64,000 nucleotides of DNA, from assembly GCF_006345805.1 (NCBI RefSeq), contig NC_042999.1:44206001-44270000 (forward strand), read 5' to 3'. The translations under genes were made by a program, and so were the position numbers. This document shows positions 13,011 to 24,572 of this stretch, piece by piece. Every line of letters begins with the position of its first letter. Within the stretch, counting starts at the first letter, position 1. The notes under the pieces were generated by a model. It was not told the origin of the DNA and searched no databases. It was given only the letters and a program-made list of their open reading frames with translations. Source of the DNA: Octopus sinensis (lineage: Eukaryota).

Positions 13011-14020
13011 AGAAAAAAAAAATAGAAAATGTTTATTTTTCAACAAAATTTAACCAAAGTTGGTATGTTTTATATCATGACAACTTTTTTTTTTTAAGTA
13101 ACCTTTTGTATTTGAATTCTCTATCAATTTTATTTAAATGGTGCTGAGTTTGCAATGATTTAGCACCTTGTTATTTCCCGAGGAAATTTATAGCCAACCT
13201 TTCTAATAATGACAATTGTATCAAGATTTAGGTATAAACGTAAATATATAATTTTCCACTCAGTTAATTACATACAACTTAGTTCCAACTTTGTCAACAT
13301 AACAAGTTTGGGTCTGTTGCGGCATTGTCAATGGAGATCGATATAAAACTAAAATGGACTCCTCTGTAGCTCTAACTACTTATTCCATAAATTGATCCGA
13401 TAATCATTAATTTTCTTTATCTTTTTTTAATAGTTGGTGTTGCTATGCCACAGAGATTAGGTAGCACCAAATTTTGATGTTTCCAACATCTCAAAGTATT
13501 TCAAAACGTTCTGTTTTAGTGACATCAATTGTCTCATTCTCTATCTCCAATTAATCCACTTAAAACTTTGTTTCAATCAAAAACTAACAGATGTTTCCAA
13601 AGAATGGCATGCATGAACATTTCCTTGGTGACACTAAAACAAAACAAAGGAAGGTAAAAATGACAACACATTTATCTAATCTGGTATTGGATAATCACAA
13701 ATCTTTCAACTGTATCACTTATATCCTTATCTCTTTAATTCCACTGCCAGGCAGAGTGCTTCCTATGGTCACAAAACTGATCAGTAATTAGTAGAACTTT
13801 GTCTTTTAAAAATGTCTTGGTGTCTTTTACATACTATGAAATTCCAATCTCCTACTTGTATTTCTTCTTGGCTTTTATCCTAAATTTACTCATCACTAAT
13901 GAATACTGCCTCCAAAACACATTTTTCTCAGGTCCAAATGCTATATAAATTTGGCTGCTAAGTCTACAATATTCAATTAATATTTACCTTTTTAAAGCAA
14001 GTTTTCAAAAAATATACAAT

Positions 14021-14026
14021 TTTATT
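14021..14026 (-). promoter_or_regulatory. Candidate POLG polyadenylation signal AATAAA
   Basis: tttatt on the + strand, about 22 nt after the POLG stop codon. Position only. Confidence 0.35.
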
Positions 14027-14047
14027 CAGCAACCAATACATTTTTTC

Positions 14048-14172
14048 TCATATTTGTACAGCATGTTTTGGTATCTTTCGAATAATGTTATTCTGAGACT
14101 TTTGGCGGCTTCTTTTGGACAACAAAGATGAGTTGGTTTTCTCTAACACACTATAAATGTCCAATGATTCAC
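14048..14172 (-). CDS. POLG: POLG last exon (G-ESLDIYSVLEKTNSSLLSKRSRQKSQNNIIRKIPKHAVQI*)
   Basis: Acceptor gccacag, GExLDIY motif, TGA at 14048-14050. Confidence 0.94.
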
Positions 14173-14759
14173 CTGTGGCAAACAAGAAATTAATTGAAAA
14201 GGTTATTCTGGGATGGGGGTGGATACAGTGGTAATCAAAATGGATATAAATGTACTGCTACTTTCCATTGAAATTATTTTCCAGATAGGTGTATAAAGAT
14301 TTTGTTACTCTAGGAGTGATGGTGTAGAGCTGTGCTATACAATGCAGCAATTTAGTCTTAACTGTTGACACAGAATACACTTTGTATAATGCTCAGCAAG
14401 GCTTCCTCTAAGGTGCAAAAGTTTGAAACCATACTGCATTTTTTGAACTACAACAAATTGCCTGTTTGGCTAGTTATAGCATTCACAGTAGATGTAATAA
14501 AAAAAAAAGAATTTGTTTTCATCTTCTATTATATATATCATCCATGATCAATTTATTAAAACGTTTTTTATATTGAATCTCCAGTTAATGATTCTTACTA
14601 CATATCTGCACTAATGTATTTTTCTAAAACTTGGTCTAAGGAAGAGGGTAGTGTTCATGGTTTTGTATTTCCTACCCAATGAGAATTTAAGAGGATCCCA
14701 GAAATTGACAATGAAAGGAAGGACAGGCGTTGGTTTGGGGTAGTTGTTTACAACTTACG

Positions 14760-15058
14760 GCAATCTTTTGTTTTGACTCGAAATAATGTAAACATTGAAT
14801 TCGGTGATTTCTGCAACCACATATTGTCTTGTCAATTGGGAAGAGAAAGCTAATGGGTTGTGTGTGCTGTGTGTGTCTGTTCTTTTTTTTTCTTTTGGTA
14901 TTTATATTGTGAGATGCAGAAGAACAAGCATGCTCACACGCACAAATACAGAGAGGAACAAGCACACGCACAACCCATTAGCTTTATCTTCCCAACTGTG
15001 GTCACGGAAATCACCAAATTCAATGTGTACATTATTTTGAGTCAAAACGAAAGATGGC
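14760..15058. repeat. Foldback inverted repeat (arms about 14765-14868 and 14961-15053)
   Basis: The arms align as reverse complements, with a ~13-nt insertion in the left arm. Confidence 0.8.
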
Positions 15059-15411
15059 CCAACTTCCTAATTTAGAGGAACAGAAACTGTTTTAGTAACA
15101 GCAGAAGAGACCCAGAACATGCAACATGTGGGGTAGCTGTAAGATGTTCATGGTTTGCAAATTCTTTCAGGTGGGGCCCAAATGTAATGTAGCAGCTACT
15201 GTGTCTCAAATATAGGTCCTATTTGTGCTTTGTAAAATGTCAGGCATGGTTACAGTTACAAATTTTCAGGTTTGTTGGAAGAACCCTAGAGTAAGAAAGG
15301 TGTTTTGTGCCTTAATTAGAAACATTCTTTGTCCAAATATTAAACTCATGGCTTTTATGTTAACTGAGCTTATTATATAATAACTGTATTATTTTATAAA
15401 TGTTACCTTAC

Positions 15412-15529
15412 CAAATGGAATATTATAACCAGTTTCCAGTCCATGAGGGTTAGAAGGAGTTACACAATTTAAATCCACTTCTTTCCTAAGGCACGTGTCA
15501 ATATCAACAGCACTGAAGAAGGCTACAGA
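15412..15529 (-). CDS. POLG: POLG exon 21 ([40 protein letters not shown])
   Basis: 118 nt, [23 protein letters not shown] motif. Confidence 0.97.
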
Positions 15530-15829
15530 CTAAAAAATAAAAGCAAAGATGATTTTAAAAATGAAACAATTAAAAATTGTGGAAGTTTTTTTTTTTTTTT
15601 TTTGATAATCTGAAAGATAAACACAAGGTATATAGTTAGGTCACAAATGGTAACAAGGATTCTGACAAATCAGTTGATTGATCAAAAGATTGAGGCAGTT
15701 AATTGGTTACTAGTTAACTAATAGTAATAAGAAGAAATTAAACAGAACCATCGTGTGTTTCTTATTGGCAAAATGATCCTCTCAAAATGTGCATTTCAAT
15801 ATGCGATTTTACATTAAGTACCAACCACT

Positions 15830-16090
15830 TCACAGTGTACTGGGTGCTGCATGGACACTTATGTAGCACCACCACAAGTGCTTTTCACCTCCAGAGGGAC
15901 CGGTCTTAACACTTCTGCTGTGGAGTATGGGTCTTCTTGAGTACAGCAAGGTGCCAGGCATCTTGGTCCTTTATCATCTCGCCTGAAAGGTTCAGTGTCC
16001 TGAGGTTGTTCTTCAGTACTTCATCCCATGTCTCCCACTTCCATGTGCTCTATCTACTATGAGAGATCAGCACTTCTTTGTGAAGCTGTC
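15830..16090 (-). mobile_element. Decayed RTE LINE ORF2 end
   Basis: Similar to the KKC..WDEV..DL..AVLKKT end seen at 56.0 and 58.0 kb. Confidence 0.6.
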
Positions 16091-17159
16091 AGCATCAATC
16101 TTATCTTTATTTTAATGTCCACTTTTCCATGCTCGCATAGGTCAGACAAAGTTTATTGAGGTAGATTTTCTACGCCGGGATGCCCTTTCTGCTGCTAACC
16201 TTTACTTGATTCCAAGCAGGGTAATATCCCTATGTTTTTGCAGAATACTGCAAATGAATGAAACTGCTTGTATGACAGTGACAGTCATTTACAACAGCCA
16301 TGTGGATTTGGTAGACAGAAACTGAAAAGCTCATCATGTGTATATTTGTGTTTCTCCCTCACCTCCACTGTTTGACAACCAGTGTTGGTTTATTTATGTC
16401 CCTGTAACTTAGTGGTTTGGCAACAGAAACGGATAGAATAATTACCAGGCTGAAAAAAAACAAAACAAAAACTACAGAGGTCAATTCATTCGACTAAAAG
16501 ATCTTCAAGGCAGAGCCTCAACATGGTTGCAGTCTGATGACTGAAACAAGTAAAAGGTAAATGAAATACAGGTACATTAAGTATGATACAACAGTCATGT
16601 GATATCAAGACAAACATACATATATGACAGGCTTTTTTCAGTTTCTAACTACCAAATCCATTCACAAGACTTTTGTTGATCTGGGGCTAAAGTAAAAGAG
16701 ATTTGCCCATGATAAAACACAGGCTGAACCAGAAAACATGATTCAGAAACAAACTTCTTAACCACACATATATACATATAATCTTAATTAATCAAGCTAA
16801 CCTATAATCAAAGGCATGACATTCCAACAGTGTCTATCCCCTCTTTCTTCTTTTTATAGTTGAAGTGTATATGGGACTATTTTTAATGCATAAGATGGTA
16901 TTGTAGTGGCTCTTAAATGACACACTAAAAATTTTTTTCTTTTTTTAAAGAATTTCAGGTCTTAGAAAATCCATACAAATGAGTGTCTTGGAAAATGCCT
17001 TATTCGTAATTTTGTTATACCCAAGTATGATCAATAAAACAAAGTAAACAGTTTGCTAAATTGTTAACTGTTTTTTTCCTTACTTTATACACAAAAGTGG
17101 CCACTAATATTTTTTTTTTATCTCCAAGGTGCCACACAGGTGGAGAACCACAGCAGTGA

Positions 17160-17448
17160 GGATTGATATAAAGGAGATTTGGTTGCTATTTCTAACAAGG
17201 TTGGCAACTATCTAAGGGTTTCTTCGTTGGTACAACACTGATTTCCTGAAACCTTTGGTTCAAAAGCCTTTCCAGACTTTTGATTTTTCCAAAGTAGGGG
17301 TGGTCACCTAGATTTTAAAAACATTGAATTTACTTTAATAAATATACAGGCATGGTTGAGTGGTAAGAGGCTCGCCGCCCAACCAAATGGTTCAGTCCTA
17401 CTGCATGGCACCTTGGGCAAGTGTTCTCTACTATAGCTTTGGGCTGAC
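17160..17448 (+). repeat. Left arm of a ~290-bp local inverted duplication (partner 20978-21266)
   Basis: Manual alignment to the reverse complement of 20978-21266 shows about a dozen differences. Confidence 0.92.
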
Positions 17449-17954
17449 AAAAACCTTGTGAATGGTTTTGGTAGACAGAAACTGAAAGAAGCCTGTCATG
17501 TCTTTGTATCTGTTTGTCCCTCATCCCCACTGTTTGGCAACCAATGTTGGTGTGTTTATGCCCCCATAACTTAGTGGTTCAACAAAAATACTGATAGAAT
17601 AAGTGCATCATCATCGTTTGACGTCCGTTTTCCATGCTGGCATGGGTTGGACAAAATAATGCAAGCTTAAAAAAATGAAGTACTGGGGTCGATTCATTCA
17701 ACAAAAAGTTTTTCGAGGCGGTGCCCCAGCATGGCCTCAGTCTAATGACTGAAACGAGTAAAATATGAATGAAATACAGGTGCTTGTACATTAGAAATTA
17801 TACATGTTTATAAAGAGTGTACTGTGCAAGGTACAGTAAACTGGTAGCTGCGGGAATTTGAAGTCCTTGCTCGTAAACTAGTGCACATTATAAGAAGTTT
17901 TGCCTCTTCAAATGTGCACCATTATTGGTTCATTAGTTAACTAGTTGACTAATA

Positions 17955-18181
17955 GTATGGTTTCAAATTTTGGCACAAGGCCAGCAAGTCTGAGCGAGAG
18001 GGTAAGTTGATTACATTAACCCCAGTGCTCAACTGGTACAGATTTTACTGACCCTAAAAGTGTGAAAGGCAAAGTCGACCTTAGTGAAATTTGAAGTCAG
18101 ATCATAAAGACAGATGATATTTCTTCTGTGTTTTGACAGGCATGCTAATGATTCTGCCAGCTTGCCACCCACCTTTTTTTT
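17955..18181 (-). mobile_element. Family B SINE with TSD tagttgactaata
   Basis: Direct repeats at 17942-17954 and 18182-18194. Confidence 0.8.
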
Positions 18182-18391
18182 TAGTTGACTAATAATAATG
18201 AAAAGAAATTGAATAGATCAAGTATGTCTTTTTTATTGGCAAAATTACCCTCTCAAGATACATGGTTTTATAACAAGAACCTTGCAAAAATAATAAAAGC
18301 AAAATCATTTTTTATAGTGTTACTGGAAAGTTGGTGTTATACTTGTTATGTTTTAGTTTGAAAGGAGAGAAGGAAGTGTTTCAAAACAGAC

Positions 18392-18643
18392 CTGTGGTAA
18401 ATCTGGAATTCCTAGTTTGTGTGCACACAGGCAGCGTGTAAAGAGATTGGTGATTTGCAGTGCTAAAGCTGCCCGATAGCGATCTTCTCGGCGTACCAGG
18501 TAACGTACTTCATCGTGAATACTAATGGAAAAACGACCGTCAATTGAATACTCTTCCAGAAGCCATTTCATGGAGACTAGCATCAAATGAAGATAATCAA
18601 CAGCTGAACTCTGAACTGCCCAGTTGATCCGGCTGTTCATAAA
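18392..18643 (-). CDS. POLG: POLG exon 20 ([20 protein letters not shown]...[11 protein letters not shown]...KLGIPDLPQ; Pol motif C)
   Basis: 252 nt within ORF 18353..18661, IHDEVRY catalytic motif. Confidence 0.98.
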
Positions 18644-19699
18644 CTTGAGAACAGAAAACAAGAGGCTAAGACAATTTTAAACAGATAATGGAATTAATGT
18701 TAATTACAATCAATACCAATATAACTTTGTATTATATCTTATCTTTGTCTTATTACATACATTTCAATTACCTTATATGTGAATCAGGGATGTCTTAGCT
18801 ACATTATAAGCCCAGGGAAAATCAATGCATTGGGCCCTGCAGTATTTACTACAACAAGCAACAAAATACATAATTTCTGTGGATTTGTCTAGCTCTAAGT
18901 TCTATTTACCATTTCAGCACTGTCATTCTCCTTCAGTCAAGAACTATCTAACTTAACCTTACTATAGAAACAGAAAAACCACACTGGCATAGTTTGTATG
19001 GGTCTAAAATTTTTAGGATATTTTAATACTGTGAATTTTGGTTCACTTTTCAACACAAATTATGAAGTTGAAGCAGAATATATAAATTAAGTAACATGTA
19101 AAGTGGGATGTTTAAGAGAACATGTATAGCTTCAAGAAAGGTTTGAATTCATGACTTTTGAGGCCACAAATCCATCTTTACTTACTTAGACTTTTATCTG
19201 AATAAAAATGATTTTGAGATTTTCAAATTTATAAATTGATAGATATCAATAGAGTTAAGTGTAATATGTTGTTTAATCTCAGGCCAACCCTGATCATGCA
19301 GTTATGACCAACTTGTCTTTTTTTTTAAGACATAGTAATGCTATTTAAGGGAGATTTGACAATTATTTCCAGTAGGATGAAAAACTGCATAGAGGGTCTT
19401 TGATGGCTTGTGCAAATGAAGGGATTTTCTGGTTCTGTTTCATGTAAGCATGGTACTGAACCCAAGCAGAGATTCAAATTCATCATACAAGAATACGATT
19501 TAGACTTGTATTCTCTCCACTGTAAATTCTATCTCTCTAACCCCAGAGATTCTGATGTGGCCACCACTAAAATCTATAAACATAAAAATCATCATCATCA
19601 TTTGGCAACTCCAGTCAAAAATGACCTCACAACTTCTCAGACCTCATGAAACGGCACTGTCACACCAAGGTCTTGAATGTTTTTCCCAAATCTCTAGTA

Positions 19700-20200
19700 G
19701 TAACCTCTGGATAAGAGAACTTGCAACTTTTGCCAGTAGCTGACCAAAGTCTCCAAAGGACAGATGATGATTCTAACTCATCTTTTCCCTAAAGCAGTAC
19801 CCAGCAAAACACACTTTTGTTGTCTCTCTGTTTATGAGTGGGAAAGTCCCATGAATTTCTTTTTGTGTTGGATGTATTTTCCACAAAAGATTTTGTATTT
19901 CTTGTAGAAATTATGTGAACAACCATCTGATCATTTCTGAAGATTTGAAGGAAGAGTCCATGTTTCTGAACTGGCACAATAAAATACAAAAGATATAGAT
20001 TTTACAAATCCACTTAAATTCTACAACATCCACTGACCTTGAAAGACCATGGATCAGTGCCTGGAGAACTTTGTTGCAGCTGCTGATTGGTGGTGGTGCA
20101 GCGTCTGCTTTCCAAACATTGGCCAATTTGCTGTAAGTTGACCATGTTATTGCCTTCCAGGTGAGAACATCTTTTCTGAGTTCATCACACATTAACTACA
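19700..20200 (-). mobile_element. Heavily decayed RTE-like LINE ORF2 C-terminal fragment
   Basis: Read across frameshifts: KL.NVWK..SETWTL..DGC..WKIHPT..FAGYCFR..VLW. Confidence 0.65.
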
Positions 20201-20394
20201 ATATTTAAAGTGATAAATGGCAAGACAGTGTAGAAAAGACATATCCAGATTGTCATACTGTACATCCATACAATTCATCACTACATGTCAGATTGTGTAC
20301 ACTGAAGGATGGAATAAATGGAGCAACTGCTTACTACGTGTGTGCCATAGGACTGCACAATTAGAGCTGACTTGGGGTTATATAACATCATTAA

Positions 20395-20688
20395 CCCTTA
20401 AACTGTCGGGGGAAAAAGGTTGCATGAATGTGTGTGCCAAACAGGTGAAAAACAACCAATATCTTTCTCTTGAAAGCAATTTTTATATTTATTTTCACTT
20501 TAAGTTGGAAAACTATAATAATTGTCAATCTCGCACACAATAAAATTTACTATCTCACTATCAAAAGGTGCCATGAAATATTCACTTTCTTTTGATGATG
20601 ACCTCATTCATGCAAAATTTTTGAAACATTAATTGACCATGTCCACTATATTCTAATGAAACATTAATTGATGTCTGCTGTTTAAGGG
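20395..20688. mobile_element. piggyBac-like MITE (family P2)
   Basis: TTAA|CCCTTAAAC...GTTTAAGGG|TTAA. Confidence 0.75.
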
Positions 20689-20785
20689 TTAATAGATAAA
20701 ATCTGTAGGTTTAAAGGTTTCGTCTTATTTGAACTCAAAATAGCATTTCTATTGTTTCTGCTAGAATAAGGAAAACCATATTTAC

Positions 20786-20900
20786 ATCTTCAGAAACTTG
20801 CTTTGGTTCTAATGCTTCACTGATTCGACAGCCCAAAACTGGTGTCACTGGTTGAGCATCCCTGGCAATTTCCTCTAATTTGTTAAACATGAAGCTTTCA
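20786..20900 (-). CDS. POLG: POLG exon 19 ([39 protein letters not shown])
   Basis: 115 nt, ESxMFNKLE and TPVLGCxISxALEP motifs. Confidence 0.96.
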
Positions 20901-20977
20901 CTGAAACACAAACAGTTAGAAGTCTAGTTAAGAAACCTGTAATCCATGTTAGTACAATTTTCACATATATAGCTTTG

Positions 20978-21266
20978 GTCAGCCCAAAGCTATAGTAGAG
21001 AACACTTGCCCAAGGTGCCATGCAGTAGGACTGAACCATTTGGTTGGGCAGCAAGCCTCTTACCACACAACCATGCCTGCATTTATTAAAGTAAATTCAA
21101 TGTTTTTAAAATCCAGAGGTGACCACCCCTACTTTGGAAAAATCAAAAGTCTGGAAAGGCTTTTGAATCAAAGGTTTCAGGAAATCAGTGTTGTACCAAT
21201 GAAGAAACCCTTAGATAGTTGCCCACCTTGTTAGAAATAGCAACCAAATCTCCTTTATATCAATCC
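20978..21266 (-). repeat. Right arm of the ~290-bp inverted duplication (partner 17160-17448)
   Basis: Same manual alignment as for the left arm. Confidence 0.92.
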
Positions 21267-22015
21267 GCTGTGGGACTGTGACCCAAAACCATGCGGTTGT
21301 CAAGCGTACTTCATAACCATACTACTATACTGGTGAATGTGTGTGTGTGTGTGTGTGAGTGCTTACATTGTGACCTTGTGAGCTACAATCAGCATTCTCT
21401 GTTGTCATTTCTCAGTCAACAAATCAAATGATAGCTCTGGGCTTTGACAGACATGTAGTGGTAAGAACACCTTTGCTTGAACAACTGGTAAGGATTAGCA
21501 ACAGAAAGGATATGTAATTTATATGTTGAATAAATTAATGATGTCATAAATAGAAATCACTAAAATAGATAAAGATATTAATGACTAAAACGCCCCAGCA
21601 TGCTACAGTCTAATGACTGAAACAAATGTAATAATAAACATGCTAGCATGGAAAAACCCAAACATAAAAATAAACAAATTTGTACTGCTTTTTTTTTTTA
21701 ATGTTTAGTCACAAAATGGAAGAAAGAACTAGACTTGTTATTAGGATTTCCAGGAATAATGGGAGGAAGTTACCTGCAGACTAGAGGCATGACCTGACAT
21801 TATACAGGGCAAGGAATTATTTAGTCTACTACCTAACAGAGTGAAGGATTAGGTCCACTGCCCAAGAACAAAAATAGTCCTTCTGATTATTAACTTCCAT
21901 ACATTTTTCACCAACCAAATGAAAATAAACAAATAGTCACACTAACATGCCAGATCAAAGTAAGTTAACAACAACAACAACAAAAGCAGCAAGAAGAGAA
22001 TCTAGAGATACACAC

Positions 22016-22045
22016 CTGCCTCCAACCCAACTTCCAGTCTCAGCG
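22016..22045 (-). CDS. POLG: POLG exon 18, a 30-nt microexon (D-AETGSWVGG-S)
   Basis: Long U-rich tract ending ttatttcag, donor AG|GTGTGT, phase 2-2. Supplies the conserved WxGG(S/T)ES motif that is otherwise missing. Confidence 0.88.
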
Positions 22046-22209
22046 CTGAAATAAGAAATAAATAAAACCATTAAAAATTAACTCATGTTAAATTTACTTT
22101 CTCTCTCTGATCAGACATTTGTACATTACTGCATATGCTTTATACGCACTTTTGACAAGTTGTGGTGCACCTGAGCACTGTATACAATAATTTCATTTTT
22201 ATTATTATT

Positions 22210-22249
<40 letters not shown>

Positions 22250-22323
22250 CAAATTTATAGAAAAACTAAAGACAAAGACAGGTGTAGCAACAACAAGCTA
22301 TATGCGAGTTTGCTATATGCAAT

Positions 22324-22480
22324 AAAATATTCTTAAGTAAAGAAGAGGTAATTGAAGCATTTGAACAGTTTATCAGTGTAAAAGATGAAAAATTCATTGA
22401 AGATGGAATATATGCCTTAGAGGAACATTGGATGAAGGTCATTAATGAACAAGGATCATATTTTGATTCAATAAATAAAT
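22324..22480 (+). mobile_element. Mariner transposase C-terminal relic
   Basis: Translates as FLSKEEVIEAFEQFISVKDEKFIEDGIYALEEHWMKVINEQGSYFD, a typical mariner C-terminus. Confidence 0.75.
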
Positions 22481-22544
22481 AAATATTCTAAATTTTGCCA
22501 AAAATTGCATCAAATTTTGCCAAAAGCTTAGTGATATCTACACA

Positions 22545-22960
22545 GGCCTACACAAAGTTTTCAAAAAGTTTTCATTGTTTTCAAAACAATCATAGAGATC
22601 TTGTGCAACTGAAACCTGAGCGTCTTTTTGGTCAGCTGAAAGCAGTTTTGGCACAAACTAGGCAGACACGCGTCTCATACCCAAATCTTCAAGGATAATG
22701 AACTGAACTGTAACTAATCTGTACATCCTCTGATAACTCACAAATGGTGATTTGACGATTTTCCCTCACAGCTGCACACTCATCTGCGATGTTTTTCTTA
22801 GTTCTACTGGTTGTGGGTCTCCCAGAACGTTTGTCACTATCAACATTTTTTGGGGCATCTTGAAAATGTCTGAACCATTTATGCGGCTCATACACTCCTC
22901 TTCATACACTTTCTGCAATTTTGCATAGGCCTCTGAGCAAGTATAACCATGACACCTTTC
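22545..22960 (-). mobile_element. Mariner transposase N-terminal relic
   Basis: ORF 22689..22895 (WFRHF..D..RSGRP..ITICELS) continues into LGMRRVSA*FVPKLL. Confidence 0.85.
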
Positions 22961-23414
22961 TCAAAAGGAATTCAGCCGCTTTGCCTCTGTGAGGCCCAAC
23001 ACTTGAAAGGTGCTTATTACGTGCCACCAGTACAGGTGCCAGTCATGTGACACCAGTATTAGCCATGACTATGATTTCACTTGGCTTGCTGGGTTTTCTC
23101 AAGCACAGCATATTACTAAAAGTCTCAGTCACTGGTCATTGACTCTGTGAGGCTCAAAGTTCGAAGATCATGCTTCACCACTTCATCCCATGTCTTCCTG
23201 GGTCTACCTCTACCACAGGTTCCCTCTGCAGTTAGAGATCGGCATTTCTTTACAGAGCTAGCTGTCCTCATCCATATAAGTGACTGTCCTTAAAGATGGT
23301 AAGTACCCAGCATCACCACAGTTGAAAGACAAATTAATAAAAGATTATTTTTTTAAATCAACTTTTACAAGAACAATAAAGGATTTTTCAGTCAGAAGAA
23401 TAGAATTTACTTAC

Positions 23415-23554
23415 TCTCTATTTCCTTTTGTAGCTGTAAACAACTTCTTAATCTTAGACTGTGCTTCACGATAGCTTAACCGGTGGTTAAACTGTAACAA
23501 GAGCTGTTCTGCAAATTTATGACCAGCTCCATAGATCCGGCTATAGTTGAAAAC
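23415..23554 (-). CDS. POLG: POLG exon 17 ([47 protein letters not shown]; Pol motif B)
   Basis: 140 nt, NYxRIYGAG motif, donor GTAAGT. Confidence 0.96.
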
Positions 23555-24120
23555 CTGAAACAGCCAACAACAATGACAAATATTAAGACACTTCGTATTT
23601 ACTTAAAAATTGTTAGTGCTAGTCAGTTTTTAAAATGCACACTGAGTTGAGAGCCACAACAGGAGTACTGCTCCTATATCTGAGATATTGAAACAGCTAG
23701 GTATGCATATGCACATACACACACAAGTCATTCTAGAATACATTAACAAAGGTCACCCAACTGATTGGTATGAAGTTGCTCACTGACAAATTCCTGCTTC
23801 TGTCCAATGGAAATGCTGTCTTCTCTTTCTGCTTTTTCTATAACATTAACTACAGTGACCAACACTCCTCTGAGTTGACCTGTTTTGATACCACACCCAA
23901 TTCATTTGCCTGTCTATCTCACATCATTCATCTTGTTTTCATTACATCAAGGCCCACACTAACTGACTACATTTCCAGAACATCAGCTCTCTGGAATTCC
24001 CTCTCTGCATATGTTTTTCGTTGCAGTTGTTGATTTGAAACTTTTCGAGAGGAACATTTTGCCAATTTCACCAGTCTCTAAAGGCATGTAAAGGACACAC
24101 GAATCTCTAAAGGCATGCAA

Positions 24121-24435
24121 AGGCGCAATGGCCCAGTGGTTAGGGCAGCAGACTCACAGTCATAGGATCACAGTTTCGATTCCCAGATTGGGCATTGTGA
24201 GTGTTTATTGAGTGAAAACACCTAAAGCTCCATGAGGCTCCAACAGGGGGTGGTGGCGATCCCTGCTGTACTCTTTCGCCACCACTTTCTCTCACTCTTT
24301 CTTTTGTTGGCCTGCTCGCTTAGCCAGCAGGGTGGCATCATTTTCAGGCTAAAACAATGTGAAGCGCATTGTGACCAGTGATGCGTAGCAACATCTGATA
24401 ACCTGGCCTGTCATGGTAATCACAGTGATATATAT
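24121..24435 (+). mobile_element. SINE family C with an alternative 3' module and a (TA)n tail
   Basis: Shares about 180 nt of head with the 59902 copy, then diverges. Confidence 0.8.
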
Positions 24436-24572
24436 ATATATATTCACCCTTTCCTGCTTGAATGGGTCAGGCAGAATTTGTTGAGGTAGATTTTCTATAG
24501 CTGGACTATCTTTAAAAAAAATGTAAAAATCTGAAATTTAAAGAAAAAATATGGATAAAAATGATGCATTAC

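Noticed and set aside
19911-20192. 93-aa ORF considered as the 'missing' human-like POLG exon 19
   Set aside because: It lies on the wrong side of exons 18-19 in gene order, and across frames it reads as an RTE-like ORF2 relic.
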